Assembly: GCA_043228905.1 (NCBI GenBank)
Contig: JBHGNT010000006.1
Coordinates: forward strand, 5,394,001-5,458,000
Origin: Azolla caroliniana
Lineage: Eukaryota > Plantae > Polypodiophyta
Direction of reading: 5' to 3'
Length of the DNA: 64,000 bases
Shown here: positions 60,595 through 64,000 of the stretch, piece by piece
Layout of the letters: each line of letters begins with the position of its first letter
Numbering within the stretch: position 1 is the stretch's first letter
Position numbers and translations under genes: made by a program
Notes under the pieces: generated by a model
Databases searched by the model: none
The model's input: only the letters and a program-made list of their open reading frames with translations
Told to the model about the DNA's origin: nothing

Positions 60595-63455
60595 TGCTAC
60601 ACTTATAATGTGTATCCTACGAAAGCTTTGGTATGAACATAGTTAGAATAGTGTGAACCTAGTTAGGTGACTATTGGGTTTCCAGCTACCTGTAGATATT
60701 GGTTATATAAACCATTCTACCTGTAGCTTTAAAATCACAAGCTCGTTTTCCTAATCTACTGATTTTTCCTTGTCTCCTAAGTGATTTTGCTGGGTGAGAG
60801 TGAGTCTAAGATCCCTGCATTTTCTACAATTAGTATGAGGGCAAGTTTACATTACATAGTTTATCTATCCTATTCTTCCTAATAGGCACACAAAGATCTT
60901 TCTCTCTATCTCTTTCTTTCTAACAAGACATCAACCCTCTCTTTCTAACAAGACAAAGATCTTTCTACAGCGACGAAAAGTTTGAGCAGCAGAAAACTGC
61001 AGCAGAGGCTAATTTTCTCTATTTTCACATTTAAAGAAAGTAGATTTCAAGCTGATTCTTTGACTAGTTGCAACCAAAAACTTTGGTTCTGGAGATGCAA
61101 CCAAAATTTCTGCAGCAGTCTCAAACCTGAACTGCACAGAACTGCAGCAACCAGTTTTCAGCACAGCGCAATAACTCTTCTCTATTTCTTTCAGCCCATT
61201 GCTTATTCGTTAATATTGTATTGCTTTAGTACATTTTGGTGAACAAAACTATTGCAACATCTGATCTATATTTCTTGCTGTAAATTTTTTGCAATGGCTG
61301 AGCAAACTAATATTTTTGGCAATTTTACTTTACATCGAAGACAAGTTGGATGGTACTAACTATCCTATGTGGGCATACATGATGAGACATGTATTGGTTG
61401 TAAGGAAGCTATGGGACATTGTCATCAGATCTGATGAATGTCCAACTTCAAGTTCTTCTCCAAACTCTCCCTCCGCTTCAAGCTCCATTCCTCAACAACC
61501 CACTTCTTCACACAACTCAAGGGGTTGGTAAGGGTGCTCGAGCCCATCCTCTCATTGCATTGTCAGTTAAATGTCACATTGTTCCACATATCCAATCTTG
61601 CACCACCTCCAAAAGTGCTTCGGATGTGTTAAAGAACCTATAGGAATGAAGCAAGAGTTATTATGCTCAAATGGCGCCTTGAAGAGACAAAGATTAAAGA
61701 CTTCATGGAACATCTACTCAACATTGATGAAGTGATTTCAGACAAGCATCTAGTTTCTAATGTTCTTGTTGCTCTTCCGGATTCATATCAAGCCACTCTT
61801 AGTGTTACCACCTCTACTCGTAAAAACGAAGAAGCAAACATTGCTCAACATGAGTGGGCATTCTACATATGATGCCTCAAAGGATGACACATGTTTATCA
61901 GTGAGTGAGTCTAAGGATGTTTGGTATTTTGATAGTAGTGCTTTTAAGTAAATGACCTCTTCCAAAAATTTCTTTGTCACACTTGAAGATGCTTGTCCTT
62001 AGGCAGACACAATTACTTGTGCCAATAATGCTTCTTAAATTCTCAAAGGCATTGGTCAAGTTCCTATTAGAGCCGTCAATGGGGATGTAGTCAACCTGAA
62101 CAATGTTCTCTATTTCCATGCATAAAGAAAAACCTTCTTTTAGTTTCCGCCATTGCTATATATGGATATCCTCTACATTTTCTCTACAACAAATGCACAA
62201 TACATGATCGTACAACGGGCAATATCATTGTCATAACAGATAGCTTAAAACCTTTACAAGCTTGACACATCACAAATTTGATGACCAAAATGCATTAGTG
62301 GTGGATGCCCAAACACAAAGCACTTCCAGACTATGGCATGCTCAGTTCGACCAATTAAATTTCAGCAGCCTTGCACGGCTTATTATACATGATATGGTAT
62401 GCAATCTTCCTTTTGTTCATATACTATCTAAATTTCTAATTATGTTGAGGGATGTATTTGCACAGATTTTCATTTCCAAAAGATGCAAATGTTTTGGCCA
62501 TACACAAGCTTCAACTTGTAGATAGTGATGGATGTGGCCCAATAAGAACCCCAGCTCATGCTTCAAAGAATTCTTACACCTTATTGAAAATCTCAGCGGT
62601 CATAAACTCATTACTCTTCTCACCAATAGAGGGGTGACTGCATGTCTCAAGAGTTTCAATGTTTTCTTGAAGGATAGAGGCATTATCCATCAATGCACCA
62701 CTCCATACATACCGCAACAAAATGCTATGACTGAGAGAAAGAATAGATCTGTCATGGAGATATCAAGATGCATGCTCGATGGTAAGAAATTACCTCACAA
62801 GTTTTGGTTGGAAGTTGTAATAAGTGCAACCTATGTTTTCAATAGATGCCCCAAAAAGAATTTAAAAGTATTAATCCATATGATGGCTTGGAATGGTCAC
62901 ACGCCAAATGTTGGTCACATGAGAATATTTGGAAGCTTGGGTTATGCATTTGTGCCACCACAGCAGCAACATAAGCCTCAATACAAAACATCAAAGTGCA
63001 TTTTCGTTGGCTACAGCAAAGAAAGCAAAGGTTATCGGTTGTTTCAGTCCCTATCGGTAAGATCATCATCAACGGGGATGTGATTTTTGCTGAAAATGCA
63101 GCTCAGCACTTGTGAATTGCTCCAAAGAGCCAATTCTTGATCCACCAAATGCATTTGATGCTTTGTTACCATTGCTCCAAAATGTTGCGTTTGAAGTTGG
63201 CAATTAACCCAACCTCATGGAAGTAAAATGCAGGTTTTGCATCTGCAACATCATGCTCCATATAGAGATGTATACCAGCCAAACAATGCTCAATTTGATT
63301 TCTTGGAACAACCCAATGTGGTTGAAAATGAGCAACTAAACATTGCCGATAATAACGTTGATTTAAAGGTCATTGATCAACATGATGTTGACATGGAATT
63401 GGAATAAGAACGAGCATCTTCTAAGCAAGCAAAAACCGTTCCTAAATGGCTGATT
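60595..63455 (+). mobile_element. Copia E: decayed Ty1/copia 5-prime half (LTR 60595-60828, degenerate PBS, gag, protease, integrase)
   Basis: TG...CA LTR followed by TAGTATGAGGGC (decayed iMet PBS). Motifs DKLDGTNYPMW, WYFDS, RLWHAQF, PQQNAMTERKNRS and KCIFVGYSKESKGYR. Confidence 0.9.
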
Positions 63456-64000
63456 TGTAGAAAATGCAAGGATCTTAGACTAACTCTCACACAGCTAGAT
63501 CACTGAGAAGACTTAAGGAAATATCAATAGATTAGAAAAAACGAGCACTTATTACAAAGATGTAGAATGGTTTATATAACCAATATCTACAGGTAGGTGG
63601 AAACCCAACGGTCACTTTATTAGGTTCACACTATTATAACTATGTTCACACCGAAGTTTTCTTAGGATACACATTAAGTGTAACAAACCCCCCTAAAGTG
63701 AATGGTGTGGACTTGAATGTGGTCATTATCCAGGTGTTGGAAGAATGCCCAATTCCATACGTAAATATTCAAACTTTTCTCTTGATAGAGCCTTGGTGAA
63801 AATGTCTGCAACATTTTCATGAGTTGGTACATAGACCAAGTTTATTTCTTTAGCATGGAATTGCTCCCTCACATAATGATAGTGCACCTCTAAGTGTTTT
63901 GTACGTGCATGGAAGACGGGATTTCTTGCAATAGCCAAAGCACTTTGACTATTTGTAAATATACAAGTAGGAGATGGTTGCTCACATAATGATAGTGCAC
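63456..64000 (-). mobile_element. Copia F: 3-prime LTR (63456-63685), PPT and RNase H end of an element of the same family as Copia E, in opposite orientation; continues beyond the window
   Basis: The LTR is a reverse-complement homologue of 60595-60828. PPT TTAGGGGGGTT. Coding ARNPVFHARTKHLEVHYHYVRE...ADIFTKAL. Confidence 0.9.

Overview
Eukaryotic land-plant nuclear DNA. A non-seed plant such as a fern or lycophyte is inferred from the transposon lineages, not proven. Six host genes are supported: the last exon of a ROP/RAC GTPase (28-129), an intronless exostosin/GT47 glycosyltransferase (3504-4826), a two-exon U/P-type cyclin (13410-14587, minus), a five-exon Alfin-like PHD-finger gene (27441-29900, minus), a 16-exon AATF/BFR2 gene (46760-57248) and the terminal exon of an uncharacterised membrane protein (59267-59955, minus). 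The rest is transposon debris, microsatellites and short tandem duplications. The main structure is a 15-kb block (31030-46228) between the divergent Alfin-like and AATF genes. It is bounded by long inverted repeats and holds a four-level nest: Copia A > chromoviral Gypsy C > near-intact Copia B > young element D. Element D is the best candidate for something undescribed: a pol-less LTR element with a tRNA-Trp primer site, one open ~660-aa Gag-like ORF with an unusual tail, and a tRNA-like Pol III module in both LTRs. All calls were made by eye; no database search was run.
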